A DNA stretch of 64,000 nt. Source: Octopus sinensis (Eukaryota). The position numbers and the translations under genes are program-made. The notes beneath the pieces were generated by a model. That model was given only the letters and a program-made list of their open reading frames with translations, had not been told where the DNA came from and made no database searches. Positions 51,152-64,000 of the stretch are shown one piece after another (the stretch's first letter is position 1; the number at the start of each line of letters is the position of its first letter). The stretch lies in NCBI RefSeq assembly GCF_006345805.1, contig NC_043014.1, positions 37,758,001 to 37,822,000 of the forward strand. Reading direction: 5' to 3'.

Positions 51152-51412
51152 CTCCAGCTATAGACCAGATGAGAAGAATTGCTGCTAATGGATAAAATTT
51201 GACTACAAGTGGAATGGCAATGCCACAACTGCCCATGATGAATAATGAGGCTGTCATCATATAATCACTTTTGATATGGAGAAAGTCTATGAAAATTCCA
51301 AGCAGGAACTGCCCTGCTGTGAAGCCCACTCCACTGAGTGAGATCAGCAAGGTACCATCTACACCCAAAATCTTGGAATAGAGTGGAAGATACACATACA
51401 CAACGAAGTTTA
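51152..51412 (-). CDS. SLC16/MCT-like transporter, exon TM7-TM10 (VNFVVYVYLPLYSKILGVDG...LLIWSIAG)
   Basis: ctttctttcag acceptor, G|gtaaga donor; 261 nt, phase 1-1; YLP.Y...G motif and hydrophobic helices. Confidence 0.9.
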
Positions 51413-52095
51413 CTGAAAGAAAGAGAAAAGAAAAAAATTAATCATTTTGCATTTAAATTCCTTTGTCAAATATATTGCTAATCTCTTTGCAGTGGAGGCA
51501 CATGGCCTAGTGGTTAGAGCAGCGGACTCACGGTCGAGGAATCGCAAGTTCGAATCTCAGACCGGATGATGTGTGTGTTTATGAGCGAAACAGCTAAGCT
51601 CCACGCAGCTCCGGCAGAAGGTAATGGCAAACTTCTGCTGACTCTTTTGCCACAACTTTCTCTCACACTTTCTTCCTGCATCTTGCAGCTCACCGGCGTC
51701 CCGTCCAGGTGGGGAACCTATACGCCAAGAAAACTGGTAAACCGGCCCTTATGAGCCGGGCATGCTTGAGAAGGAACAAACAATCTCTTTGCAGTGTTTT
51801 GAATTAATCCTTCATTATCTTGCAGCTTTGAAATGTCTATGATATGAATTCTTTTATTTTTTTTTATTCTTTTACTTGTTTCAGTCATTTGACTGTGGCC
51901 ATGCTGGAGCACCAACTTAAGAGGTTTTAGTCAAACAAATTGATCCCAGGACTTATTCTTTGTAAGCCTAGTACTTATTCTATTGGTCTCTTTTGCTGAT
52001 CTGCTAAGTTACATGGATGCAGACACACCATCAGTTGTCAAGTGATGGTGGGGTAGAGACAAACACAGGCACAAACATACAAATATATATATGTG

Positions 52096-52194
<99 letters not shown>

Positions 52195-55041
52195 GTATGT
52201 GTGTGTGTGTGACAGATTTTTTCAATTTTCATCTGCCAAATCCAGTCAGAAGGCTGTGGTCGGCCCAAGGCTATAGTAGGAGACACTTGCCCAAGGTGCC
52301 ACGTACTGGGACTGAACCCGGAACCATGTTGCTGGGAAGCAAACTTCTACTACACAGCAATGCCTGCACCTATGTTTATTTTTAGAATGACATTGTCTTG
52401 CAAGTGTGACAAGCTGGATCTGGCCAGTTTGATGAGAAACCAAGAGGAATATTTGGAGTGGACATGGCCAGTTTGAATGTTAAAGGTTTAATGACAGATA
52501 TTTATTTTTGTGTTTCTGATAAATACATTAAATTTGGAAATATCATATCTAATTTGTGGAGGTATGTGGCATGGTGGTTAGGGTGTTGGACTCATGCTCA
52601 TAAGACTGTGGTTTCGATTCCTGGACTGGGTGACACATTGTGTTCTTGAACAAAACACTTCATTTCATGTTGCCCCAGTCCACTCGGCTGGTAAAAAAGG
52701 AATAATCCTGTGATGGACCAGTATCCCCATCCAGGTGGGGAATTTAAACTCCATGGAAACCAGGAAACAGGCCCTATGAGTCTATATGACTTGGGAAGGA
52801 TCTTTATCATTTTCTAATTTACATATGGAAGTTTGTTGAAATGGAGAGTATGAATTGTTGAGATGAGGTGGTACAAGGTGACCAGCCAAGTGGCCAATGT
52901 ACAGGGTTCAATATAGACATCTATAAAAGTTTGTGTAGTGGGTACATAACAACCAGCTAAAGGGTCATTAGTTTGCATCTTGTCACCAGTAAGTTGTGTA
53001 GAACTTAAACAACCACCACAAGATCTAATTCTTGGAGTGGTATGATAGATGACTTGTGTGCCTCAAAAACCCTGAGAAGAGTTATGCTAGCAGACACAGG
53101 CTCTTGGTACAATCACAAATGCTAGACAAGTCAAAAGTTAGAGGCCAGACTAATATGGACCACCTCTTTCCAGAGCTGAAAACAGGTTTAATTAGAGCCC
53201 TTAACTCCACCTAGAAAAAACCCCAGCAAAGTTAACAGAGGCATCGATGACAATTCAAAACCAAGAAGACCTGGGAGAGGAAGACCTTCCCTCAGGGAAA
53301 CATATGGCAGTGCATCAAAATCTGAAAGGAAGCTACAAAGCTGTACTTGGAGATAAGCAGGAAAGGAAACCCAGAGTTGAGAACAGTGGAGAAAAGCCGT
53401 CAATGGCCTATGCCCATAGGGAGCAAAGGAATAGGTAAGGACAACTTTAACAAGTCCTAGAGGTTCCTAGAATGAATCCCACTGTATTCTCGATCTACTC
53501 TCTCATTGCTATAAACAAGTAGAAACACAGTAAAATTAAAAAAAGAGTATTTTGTTAGCTTGTAAATTTTTATGTGGGTTGTATATCAAAGAAGGATGGG
53601 CTTTTTCACACAGACTCTTCTTTGATCCACTATGTAAATACTAACATATTCAGTGGTGTCCCTTGTTATTCAAAGTCTTAGGTGGGGCTACTAACCACCT
53701 CTGGTAAACCCTAAGGAATCAAAATGGTTTATCTTTCTTATCACCACACCTGTTACCACAAGAGGCCATAAAAAAAAACAAAAGACACAGCAAATCTAAT
53801 TTGCTCTTTAATACTCCCACATGATCTTGTACTGTGGGTCAGAGTCCTAAAATGAACTAAGCATGGTAATATCATAGGTGGTGCCTGCGACACTGTCAGC
53901 TCTACCTCCGAACATTTGGAGGTAGGCAATAGGCTCGTTCCACTACAAAGTCTAGTCTTTGTTGCAGTGTGGTGGCTTGTGCAGTTCAATGACACAGAGC
54001 TATGCCAGCAGAGTGCAAGTTTCTGGTAGGGCCTCCCATGCTGAACAGGTAAATGCACAAAGGTCAAACTAAAATAGATCACCTCTTCCCAGAGGTAAAA
54101 ATGGGGATTGTGTAGGGCCAACACACCTACCTAGAAAAAAGTAAAGTTACAAAAAGTATCAATGACATTTCAAAATCATCAAAACACGGGAAGGATAAGC
54201 TTTCCTTGGGGAGTCATATGACATGGTACAGCAAAATTCAAAAGGAATCTGAAAGGCTATAGAGCTATAAAGACAAAATATCAAAGGGGAGAAAAGGTAG
54301 CCCAGAATAAAAAAAAAACAAAAAACGGGAGAAGTCATCAATGGGTTATGCTTCATAGGGAAGGAAGGGATTAAGTAAGTAATAAGCCCATTGAGCAGAG
54401 ACAGCTGATGTTATTCAACAGCATTAATGAAAAAGCAGGTATTCATTGCAGTTGCTTGTATCATGGAAAATACTAATAGAATATGTTATTAGATATGTTA
54501 TATAGAGGCAGAAAAAGCAACAGAAATAGCAACAATGTACCTTCAGAGATAGCAACAATAAAGCTTCAGAAATAGCAATGACAGCTACTTTATGAGGAAT
54601 TCAAAATATTTGATAGAGAGAGGCAGAGAGAGAGAGAGAGAGGGAGAGAGAGAGGAGAGAGGGAGAGAGAGAGAGAGTGAGTGAATGCATGTGTGTGTGT
54701 GTGTATGCAGGCTTTCTTTGCAATACATTTTTCTCCAACAACAACAACAACAACAACAACCAGAAGGCTATAACATTTAAAGGAATACTTAGCTTGGAAT
54801 ACACAGTCTTTAATTCCTGAGAGAAATTCCAGCTGTACTCCAAAATATGAAAAACTTTGGCATGTCATGTTGATCCTGTAATTCCCAGGATAGCTTAGGG
54901 TCATGAGCTCATGGGGGTACATTTTCTAATGTCAACAAATGATCAGGAGTTAGGACATATACACTCACAAAAACACATGCATACATGCCTACATACAAAC
55001 AAACAATTATGTATACATTCATACTTATATACATACATACA

Positions 55042-55072
<31 letters not shown>

Positions 55073-55569
55073 GTACGTACATACATACATACATACATAC
55101 GTACATATGTACAAACATACATACATTCTTTTGGACTCTCTTCGGTCATGAATGACCATGGGATTGCACCTAGAAAGTTACCCTCCCAGGCACAAGTCCA
55201 GGTAAGGTTGTTTATGGAAGACCAACAGTCGCCCATGCATACCAGCGTCCCCTCTCCACACCACTGATGTTTTCCAAGGGAAAGGCAAAGGCCGATACAG
55301 CCTGGCACCAGTGATGTCGCAATTCGTTTCTACAGCTGAATGAACTGGAGCAACGTGAAATAAAGTGTCTTGCTCAAGAACACAACATGCAGCCTGGTCC
55401 AGGAATCGAACTCTGAATCTTACGATCGTAAGCTCGACACTCCAACCATTGAGCCATACATACATACATACATACATACATACATACATACATACATGCA
55501 TACATACATGTGAACTGTTGGCAATATTTTTCCTCCTTCTTTTTTTCTTTTGGACTTTCCTATTTTTCC

Positions 55570-55606
55570 TGTTTCTGAAGAAGAGATATGCTCGAAACAT
55601 AAAACA
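55570..55606 (+). ncRNA. Minimal type I hammerhead, intact core, stem III ACAU (probably decayed from ACGU)
   Basis: UGUUU-CUGAAGA-A-GAG..CUC-GAAA-CAU-A/AAACA. Confidence 0.62.
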
Positions 55607-55914
55607 ACCACTCTTTTCCTTCTTTGAGCATCTTATCAATACTTTACATGTAATAAGTCCTCATGCTGCTTTCTTCTTCTTGTCTTTTTTCCATTTTTTA
55701 AAAATTAACTACATACATATATATATACACTTTTACACTTGTACTACAATCATGCTGGAGCACTGCTTTTTTTTTTTAGTCAGAGAAATTGACCCCAGGA
55801 CGTATCCTTTGTAAGCCTGGTAATTATTCTAGGCTACAGGGATGTAAACACATCAATATTGGTTGTCAAGCGATAGTGCGAGGACAAACACAGACACACA
55901 AGTACATACATACA

Positions 55915-55955
<41 letters not shown>

Positions 55956-56260
55956 GGCTTCTTTCAGGTTTCCATCTACCAAATCCACTCAAAAGGCTTT
56001 GGTCAGCCAGAGGCTATAGTAGAAGATACTTGCCCAAGTTGCACACAGGGGAATTGAACCCAGAACCATGTGATTGGGAAGCAAGCTTCTTACCACACAG
56101 CCACTCATGCACCTATTATATATGTATGTATGTATGTATGTATGTTGTATGTATGTATGTATGTATGTATGTATGTATGTATGTATGTATGTATGTATGT
56201 ATGTGGCTTGTGTGTGTGTGTTTATATGTATGCATATCTGTCTGTCTGTCTGTCTGTCTC

Positions 56261-56315
<55 letters not shown>

Positions 56316-56326
56316 GTGTGAGTGTT

Positions 56327-56362
<36 letters not shown>

Positions 56363-56865
56363 AGTATTTTACTTATTTCAGACATTAAACTACAGCCATG
56401 CTGAAGCACTGCCTTAGTCGAACTAATCATCCCCAGGATTTACCATTTTAAAGCCTAGTACTTATTCTATCAGTCTCTTGTTTGCTTAACCAGTAAGTTA
56501 TGGGGATGTAAACACATCAACACCAATTACCAATCAGTGATGGAGGGACAAGCACACACACACACACACACACAAGACACATGCATGCGTGGGCGCGCAC
56601 ACACATACACACACACACACATATTCTTTCATTCTCTTATTCTTTTACTTGTCTCAGTCATTTGAATGCGACCATGCTGGAGCACCACCTTCAAGGGTTT
56701 TAGTTGAAGAAATCAACCCCAGGAACTATTCTTTGTAATCCAAGTACTTATTCTGTTGGTCTATTTTGTCAAACCGCTAAGTTATGGGGGCCATAGGTTG
56801 TCAGGTGATGGTGGGGTGACAAACACACAGACACATACACAAATATATTCATATATATATATATA

Positions 56866-58142
56866 TTGGGTTGGCAACTAAGTTCCTGCCGTTTATTAAA
56901 ATTTAAATTTTTTAAAAGGTTTGATAAAAAACAACTACTAATTAATCAATAATGTATTCACCCTTGTTGTTTACAACTTCTTCCCAACGTTCAACAAGCT
57001 TTTCAATACCTCGTTGGTAGAAATCTCCCGATTTTGACTCGAAAAATTGATCCAAACAAGCTCTCAATTCTGCATCAGTATTGAATGAAACTCCGTGCAT
57101 AGCATTTGGGAGAGATCGAAAGATGTGGAAGTCCATTGGTGCCAAATCAGAAGAGTACAGCGGGTGTGGCAGCACTTCCCAGCCATGTGTTTGAATGGCT
57201 TCCTTGGTCATATTGGCAATCATTGTTGTGAAGCAGAAGAACTCCATGCTGCCGATTAGGTCTTTTCTCTTGAATAGCCATGTTGAGTTGTTCCATCTGT
57301 TGAACATAGAGTTCCACGTTGACCGTTTGGTTCCATTCAAGCAATTCATGATGGATAATCCCTTCCCAGTCCCACCATACACATAACATCGTTTAACATG
57401 GATGAAGATCTTGTTTCCTGTGCGGTGTCGCTTGTTTTCCGGGGCTAAGCCATTCCTTACGCTGCTTCATATTGATATAATGGCACCGTTTTTCGTCGCC
57501 AGTAATGATTCGGTAAAGAAATCGCTGCTTGAGTCCATGAGTTGAGCAGTGACGAGCAAGCAAACCAGTGGAGATTGTGGCTCGTTGATTTTTGCTGTTG
57601 TCACTTAAAGCATGCAGAACCCATACTCCATACTTCTGAACCTTTCCCATCGAGTGAAGATGCTTCACTATAACAGTGTGGGAGCATTCCATTTTCTCTG
57701 CCAGGTCCTTTGTCGTTTGAGAATTTTCTTGCAAAAGTTGGTTTAATCGCTCTTCATCGAACTCAACTGTACGGCTAGAATGAGGTGCATCTTTGAGGTC
57801 AAAATTTCCATTTTTGAACTTGGCATACCGATTATGAGCGGTTCTTTCAGCTATGGCACTCTCTCCATACACAGCACATATATTGTGAGCAGCTTTTGCG
57901 ACCGTAGAGCCTTGATTAAAAGCAAAAAAAGGTGTTGAAAATGCTTGTTTTTCTTAACTTGACATTCCATTTTAATGATCTGAAAATAAACAAAAATTAA
58001 CTAAAATTAACTAGGAAAAAAGCAAATTAGATTCCAAAATGATTCAAAAATAGACTTCTCGAAAAAAATAGATTCCAAAAATTTAAAAACGTAATAAATT
58101 CTAAAATTTAATAAAACGGCAGGAACTTAGTTGCCAACCCAA
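56866..58142 (-). mobile_element. Full-length (1277 bp) defective mariner element nested in a SINE
   Basis: TIRs TTGGGTTGGCAACTAAGTTCCTGCCGTTT at both ends with TA flanks; transposase pieces WVLHAL, IITGDEK and HPLYSSDLAPMDFHIF; frameshifted. Confidence 0.92.
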
Positions 58143-58474
58143 TATATGACAAGCTTCTTTCAGTTTCCATCTACCAAATCTACTCACAAAGCTTTGGTTG
58201 GCCTGAGGCTATAGTAGCAGACACTTTGCCCAAGGTGCCATGTAGTGGAACTGAACCCAGAACAATGTGGTTGGGAAGGAAGCTTCTTACCACACATCCA
58301 TGCCTGTATATATATGTATGACTTTTTAAAAAAGTACCTCTCTCTTTATTCTTGCCAGTTCATGTGTATGTGTGTTTCTGTGTGTGTGTGTATGTGTGTG
58401 TGTGTGCGTGTGTGTGTATGTATGTGAATGTATATATGTGTTTACATTATTACCTACCTACCTACCTACCCAAC

Positions 58475-59690
58475 TTAGCGTAATCATTAGACCTTCTCTA
58501 CATAGCCACCACCAATGGTGACACACTCTCCCATCGTTTTATGCAGCTGTGAAGACCTCATCTGTAGAAGTAGGTAAGTTGCATCTAGAGCTAAAACTTT
58601 ACCTCAGAAATAAGTTTGTCATCTTCCGAAAAGTGCTACCTCTTCAAAAAAGACTTTGTGGTTGGAAAAAGGTGGAAGTCAAATAGCATGAGGTCAGAAG
58701 AGTAAAGAGGATGAGGAAGGATTTCATAATCGCAGGAGTGTGCTTTCATCTGGGCAACATGTGCATTGTGAACTGGGGCGTTGTCTTGGAGAAAGCAGAC
58801 TCCTTTGGTCAGCATGCTATGACTCTCTGCTTTGATGGCATCCCACAATTTCTGCAGCAGAGAAGCATATGTCCAGTTAATTGTGGTACCCTTTGCTAGA
58901 AAATCCATCATCACTATTTCATGCTCATCTTAAAAATCTGAGAGCATCACCTTGCCTGCTGAGGGTGGAAACAAGCTTTCTTTGGAGGTGGTGAGTTATC
59001 ATGCTTCCATTGCTTTGACTGGACTTTAGTCTCAGGATCATAGTGATGGACCCATGCTTCATCATGTGTGATAAGTCTGCTGAAAAAGTCCTCCTCATTT
59101 TCTTGGCACATTGCCAAAAGAGCCTGGGAGCAATTGACTCGTTTCTGCTTTTGAAAAGGTGTGAGCATCTGAAGAATCCATCGTGAAGATAACTTCCACA
59201 TGTGAATGATTTTTCCCCACAGGCCCTACATTTATCTTCCCTTCTTGTGCCAGTTGCCGAATAGTTATGGGGCAATCCTCCAAAATGATGGCTTCCACTT
59301 TATGAATGGTGTGGTAATCAATGGCAGAATGTGGTCATCCAGGAATAGGAGCAGTTTCCACCAATGTCTGACGACATTGAATTGGCGATGCCAGTACTTG
59401 ACCACATCATATGATGGTGCATTGTCACCATAAACTTCTTTCATCTCATCAAAAGTCTCTTTCGGTGTACAACCTTTCAAGTATAAGAACCTGACCACTG
59501 ATCTGCATTCAACTGCCTCCATTATAACACCTAAGTCCACTTCAGCAGCCGTAAATAACTAATGAATACTTGAGGAAAGTTGTAATTAACAACATGTGAC
59601 ATATAAAGACATGTATGATTATACCTGTACAAGTTCCGTTTCCTGCAATAACCAGAAGTGGGTCAGGAGAAATCTCCTCATGTGTGTGTA
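58475..59690 (-). mobile_element. Second, more decayed mariner-family element
   Basis: ORF fragments RSVVRFLYLKG, LITHDEAWVHHYDPETK, FLQDNAPVH and HPLYSSDL; termini eroded. Confidence 0.82.
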
Positions 59691-60218
59691 TGCATGTGTA
59701 TAAGTATATATATTTATAATATTAATAATAAATAAATGCACCCTTTTAAAGCCTAGCCAGGCTCATGGGCCCGGTTTCCTGGTTTCAAGGGCGTATGTAT
59801 TCCCCAGCTGGATGGGACGCCAGTTTATCGCAACGTTACTCATTTTTGCCAGCTGAGTGGACTGGAGCAATGTGAAATTAAGTGTTTTGCTCAAGAACAC
59901 AACACGTCTGGTCCAGGAATCGAAACCACAATCTTACGATCATAATGCTGACACCCTAACCACTAAGCCACGTTCTCCCCCCCTATATATATATATGTCC
60001 ACTTTTTCCATTTATGCTTGCATAAGATCATATAAAATTCATTGAAGTAGATTTTCTACAGTCAGATGCTCTTGTCACCAACTCTTGCCTGTTTCCAGAT
60101 AAGCTAATATTTCTCAGTAGCCAACATGTCTTCACGAAAGATTGGAAATGAAGAATTTTTTTTTTCATGTGTACGATGGTGACACTTGTTTACAACTAAC
60201 TTATGATAACAAGACATA

Positions 60219-62570
60219 CTGTATATGCCGAGATATAATACGACTGGGTGTACAAGACAACCCCCAGGATTTCCATTTAAAAAGCAGGTTTTGAGTTATA
60301 CTTGCTGTATAAGACTACCCTAAGTTTACGTGGAAAACAGCTCCAGTGCCGAAGGCACAAAGTTCATAGCTAAAGGGGTTGAGTGAGTTGTAGCTTTCCC
60401 AGTGGCCCCTGAAGCCTTTGCTTTTCTTGTGCTTCAATAGCATTTTAACTATGTTTTAATCAGTAAATTTTGCATGCAACAATTCTGCAGTCTTGATTGT
60501 TTAAAATTTATTCAGTTCTTTTCGAAAAGTGGCCAAATATTTTAAATTACCTACTATAATACACATCAAATGCACCTGGCTGGCGTAATCACTACTGTAA
60601 TGGCATCACTTAGGTGTCAGTTATTTTACAGGAACTAACATAGTGCCATTTACTTGAAATGAAGTTACAGATTTACATACAGTATGTATAATATTATATT
60701 ATAATATATTATATTTCTTTACTACCCACAAGGGGCTAAACACAGAGGGGGCAAACAAGGACAGACAAACGGATTAAGTGGATTACATCGACCCCAGTGC
60801 GTAACTGGTACTTAATTTATCGACCCCGAAAGGATGAAAGGCAAAGTCGACCTCAGTGGAATTTGAACCTAGAACGTAACGGCACTTGAAATACGGCTAT
60901 GCATTTTGCCCGGCGTGCTAACGCTTCTGCCAGCTCACCGCCTATATTAGAAATGTTATTAAGTACACTGCTAGTATATTCTTTAATTTGTAAATTTTGT
61001 CTTACTTCACAAGACTATTGGTCTTAAAACAACACTTCATGGACCATATCTGCTACATGCTTCTCTAGAATCAGCCAGAGTGCAGTACCTCCTCACATTG
61101 CACATTTTGTCATAGATTACTCCTTAATAAGTCTTCCTTTAATCTCCAACCTTTTACCATCTCCTTGGTTACACTGTACTTTCTTGCAGCAGCACAGTTG
61201 TTGTGGGACTTAGCATATGCTACCACTTTCAGCTTAAAACCAGCTTCATATTTCCTTTGTTTATCACTTGAAGCCATGAAGGGGTTTTATACTATTGCTG
61301 GAAATTAATGTTCAACCAGTGAGAGTACTGCTGCTAATGAAAGAGTGACAACTTGAGCCTTTTCAAGAGACCCTGGCTGTAAATGTTTAAAAGTAACCAG
61401 TAACTGTAAGGTTTATTGTGGTTGGTCTGACTGACACAAAAGGTACCAGTAGATGCTGCTAATCTGCTGTAACAAGTAGGTTAGTTACCATAAACTATAC
61501 TTGTGCTGAAAGGCCTTGGCTGGCTGAGCTCTGTATGAGAGTATTTCTTTATTCACCATAAGGTTGAGAAAAAGAGGGGACAATACGGGGACAGAAAAAA
61601 CAAACGTTGAGGTCATGGTATCGAATGAGACATATGAAACATATGAATAAACAAACAATTAAAATATATACAATTAAATGAGAATGAGTGATTAACCCCA
61701 CAACCACATACTCACACTGAAGACTTTGCTTTCTCCTTTTTTACATTCTCGATTAAACAGGTTCTTTCATTCGCAACATACTTGCTATAGACTTCCATCT
61801 TTTACGAAACACACTTTGCGACAGGCATTTCTTCTCCAGCCTTATTTTCCGTTTCATGTGGAAAACGAAAAAGTCGATTAGCTTGAGACTGGAGATGAAC
61901 ATGCCTGTTGCAATTCCTTTCACTCTCGTCTTCCATACTACAGTGCTCTAATGAGGCAGTGTAAACAGAACAGACCCTGCGACCCAGCTGAACAGGCTGA
62001 TTATTTACAATTTCTGTTCATCTGCTAAGTTTGCTGTGCTGTTATCTTAATATAACTTTACTATTAATCCAACTTCCCAAACATATGTGTAAGTATCAGT
62101 GGAAAATACTGAGTTGTAGAACAATAGGATCCATAATAATATTAATAATAATAATAATAATGAGATTATTGTATACAGTGCTCAGGTGCACCACAACTTG
62201 TCAAAAGTGCGTATAAAGCATATGCAGTAATGTAGAAATGTCTTGGAAGTGAACAGTGTATGAGTCAGATACATGCTTGCATGTGTATGGAGGGGAGAAA
62301 ATCAGGTGTAGTGTTGGTGAATCTCAGGAAGCATGGAAGAGTGTTTTATGGTGTTCTCTATCGGTATGTACAAGTATCTGTAGAAAATATTGTGCTGTAG
62401 AACCACAGGATCTATGTGAGTACTTTACACTATTCTCCATTGAAATTGGTGCTATTTTAAACCACAGGAAGTTAATGTTCAGATTTTATATGGGGTATAT
62501 AAGATGACCCTTAGTTTTGGGATGATTTTTTTTAAAGTTCAAATTACGCCCTGTACACTGGTATACATGG
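60219..62570 (-). mobile_element. Pogo-like DNA transposon remnant with a Brinker-type DNA-binding domain (61277-61110) and nested SINEs
   Basis: MASSDKQRKYEAGFKLKVVAYAKSHNNCAAARKYSVTKEMVKGWR then a stop; degenerate TACCGTATAT..TATAAGACGACCC-like ends. Confidence 0.6.
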
Positions 62571-62864
62571 TGTGTTTATGGGAACTTCTGTAGGCCAAAG
62601 ACCTATTTTTTGTTGTTGAATTTGTTGAAGTTGTAGAGGAAGAAATTCCAAATATGGAAGCAAAACTTAGAATGACAAACAATAAAAAAAAAAATGTAAA
62701 AAACACGAAACAAAATAAAAAAAATTGTAAGTAAACCACAGACAAAAGTTTTAGAAAGTGAGATAAAAGACATCCCTCTGTGAGATACCCACACTTGATA
62801 TGCGGAAAATGAGCAGGTAAAAATCTCATATTGTGTATAATGTATACAAAATCCTTATACTCAC

Positions 62865-63021
62865 CTGACCATAGAAAATAGATAGCGATCATGAATAGGG
62901 TGTTTCCATTCTTCAGTATTTCATAGTCAAAGAAGATAGCCAGATTTTTAATAATGGAATGGATGCAAGACATTTTCTTTGTAGCGGTTTGTTTATCCTT
63001 TTCGTCACTTGCGTTGACTGT
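62865..63021 (-). CDS. SLC16/MCT-like MFS transporter, exon (end of central loop to TM7: TVNASDEKDKQ...FMIAIYFLWS)
   Basis: tttcag acceptor, G|gtgagt donor; 157 nt, phase 0-1. Upstream exons lie beyond the window. Confidence 0.85.
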
Positions 63022-64000
63022 CTGAAATAGTAGAACAAAGACAGAAAAAGGAAAAAGAAATGAAATGTGTGATTGGTATAAGCCATTATACATATCTGTA
63101 ATAGCCAGCAAGGAAAAATCTAAATGATTGCTCAAACAACTGGTCAAGATCTGGTAACCAGAAATCCCTCAAAATCTCACCTTGCCATATAAAAAATAAA
63201 AGAAAAGATAAATATATAATAAAATAAATAGAAAATAAAATTAAAAGTAAATATTTACATACATACAGGCACAGGAGTGGCTGTGTGGTAAGTAGCTTGC
63301 TTACCAACCACATGGTTCCAGGTTCAGTCCCACTGCGTGGCACCTTGGGCAAGTGTCTTCTACTATAGCCTCGGGGCGACCAAAGCCTTGTGAGTGGATT
63401 TGGTAGATGGAAACTGAAAGAAGCCCATCGTATATATGTATATATATGTATGTGTGCGTGTATGTTTGTGTGTCCGTGTTTGTCCCCCTAGCATTGCTTG
63501 ATAACCGATGCTGGTGTGTTTATGTCCGCTTCACTTAGTGGTTCAGCAAAAGAGACCGATAGAATAAGTACTGGGCTTACAAAGAATAAGTCCCGGGATC
63601 GAGTTGCTCGACTAAAGGTGGTGCTCCAGCATGGCCACAGTCAAATGACTGAAACAAGTAAAAGAGTAAAGAGCATGCATACATACATATATATTGGTGT
63701 TCAGGGTGATTGCAGTCCCTATAAGCATATATGTATACAATTAAGTGCTTTTCCTACAGCATTAGGGCATTTTGGCTCTTATTTCTAGCAATGTAGGTGT
63801 CCTGACACCCCTAGTCAATTTTAATGGCAATTATATTTTCCCCTTATGGTATCACATTGCACATGGTTGTTTACAGTCATTTTTGTATAGGCATTAGCGA
63901 TTCCCTAAATCATCCATAAATTTTTATGGTGAATACATATATGCTGAGAGTGAATTAAGCCTGCTATCAGCTGACTGAGTAGTCTTTGCTGAAGAGGTTA

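Noticed and set aside
54000-54080. Possible HDV-like ribozyme at an RTE-like 5' region
   Set aside because: I could not build the nested double pseudoknot by eye.

Overview
AT-rich, repeat-saturated animal genomic DNA. The SINE families, the TA/TATC/TATG microsatellites and the long introns suggest an Octopus-type coleoid cephalopod (inference). Two partial, convergent, multi-exon protein-coding genes are supported by splice signals and reading-phase continuity. (1) On the + strand, a thrombospondin type 1 repeat (TSR) protein: four TSRs in five exons (855-17487), then Thr/Ser-rich stalk exons whose 3' part looks damaged, with a 1-nt frameshift and a Helitron inserted inside an exon. (2) On the - strand, the C-terminal half (TM7-12) of an SLC16/MCT-like MFS transporter in four exons (63021-42614). 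The rest is SINEs, LINE fragments (RTE, RLE-type, Penelope-like), a Gypsy 3' end with its LTR, two mariner elements, a pogo-like element, hAT/piggyBac/mariner MITEs, Helitron-like elements and microsatellites. The most striking unannotated signal is a dense set of type I hammerhead ribozyme (HHR) motifs: 6 with an intact catalytic core and about 7 with core changes. They lie in short elements next to TA microsatellites, and several are tied to inverted repeats that start or fold back at the predicted cleavage site, consistent with a Penelope-derived, ribozyme-bearing non-autonomous retroelement (retrozyme-like) system. All folds and alignments were done by eye; none were computed.
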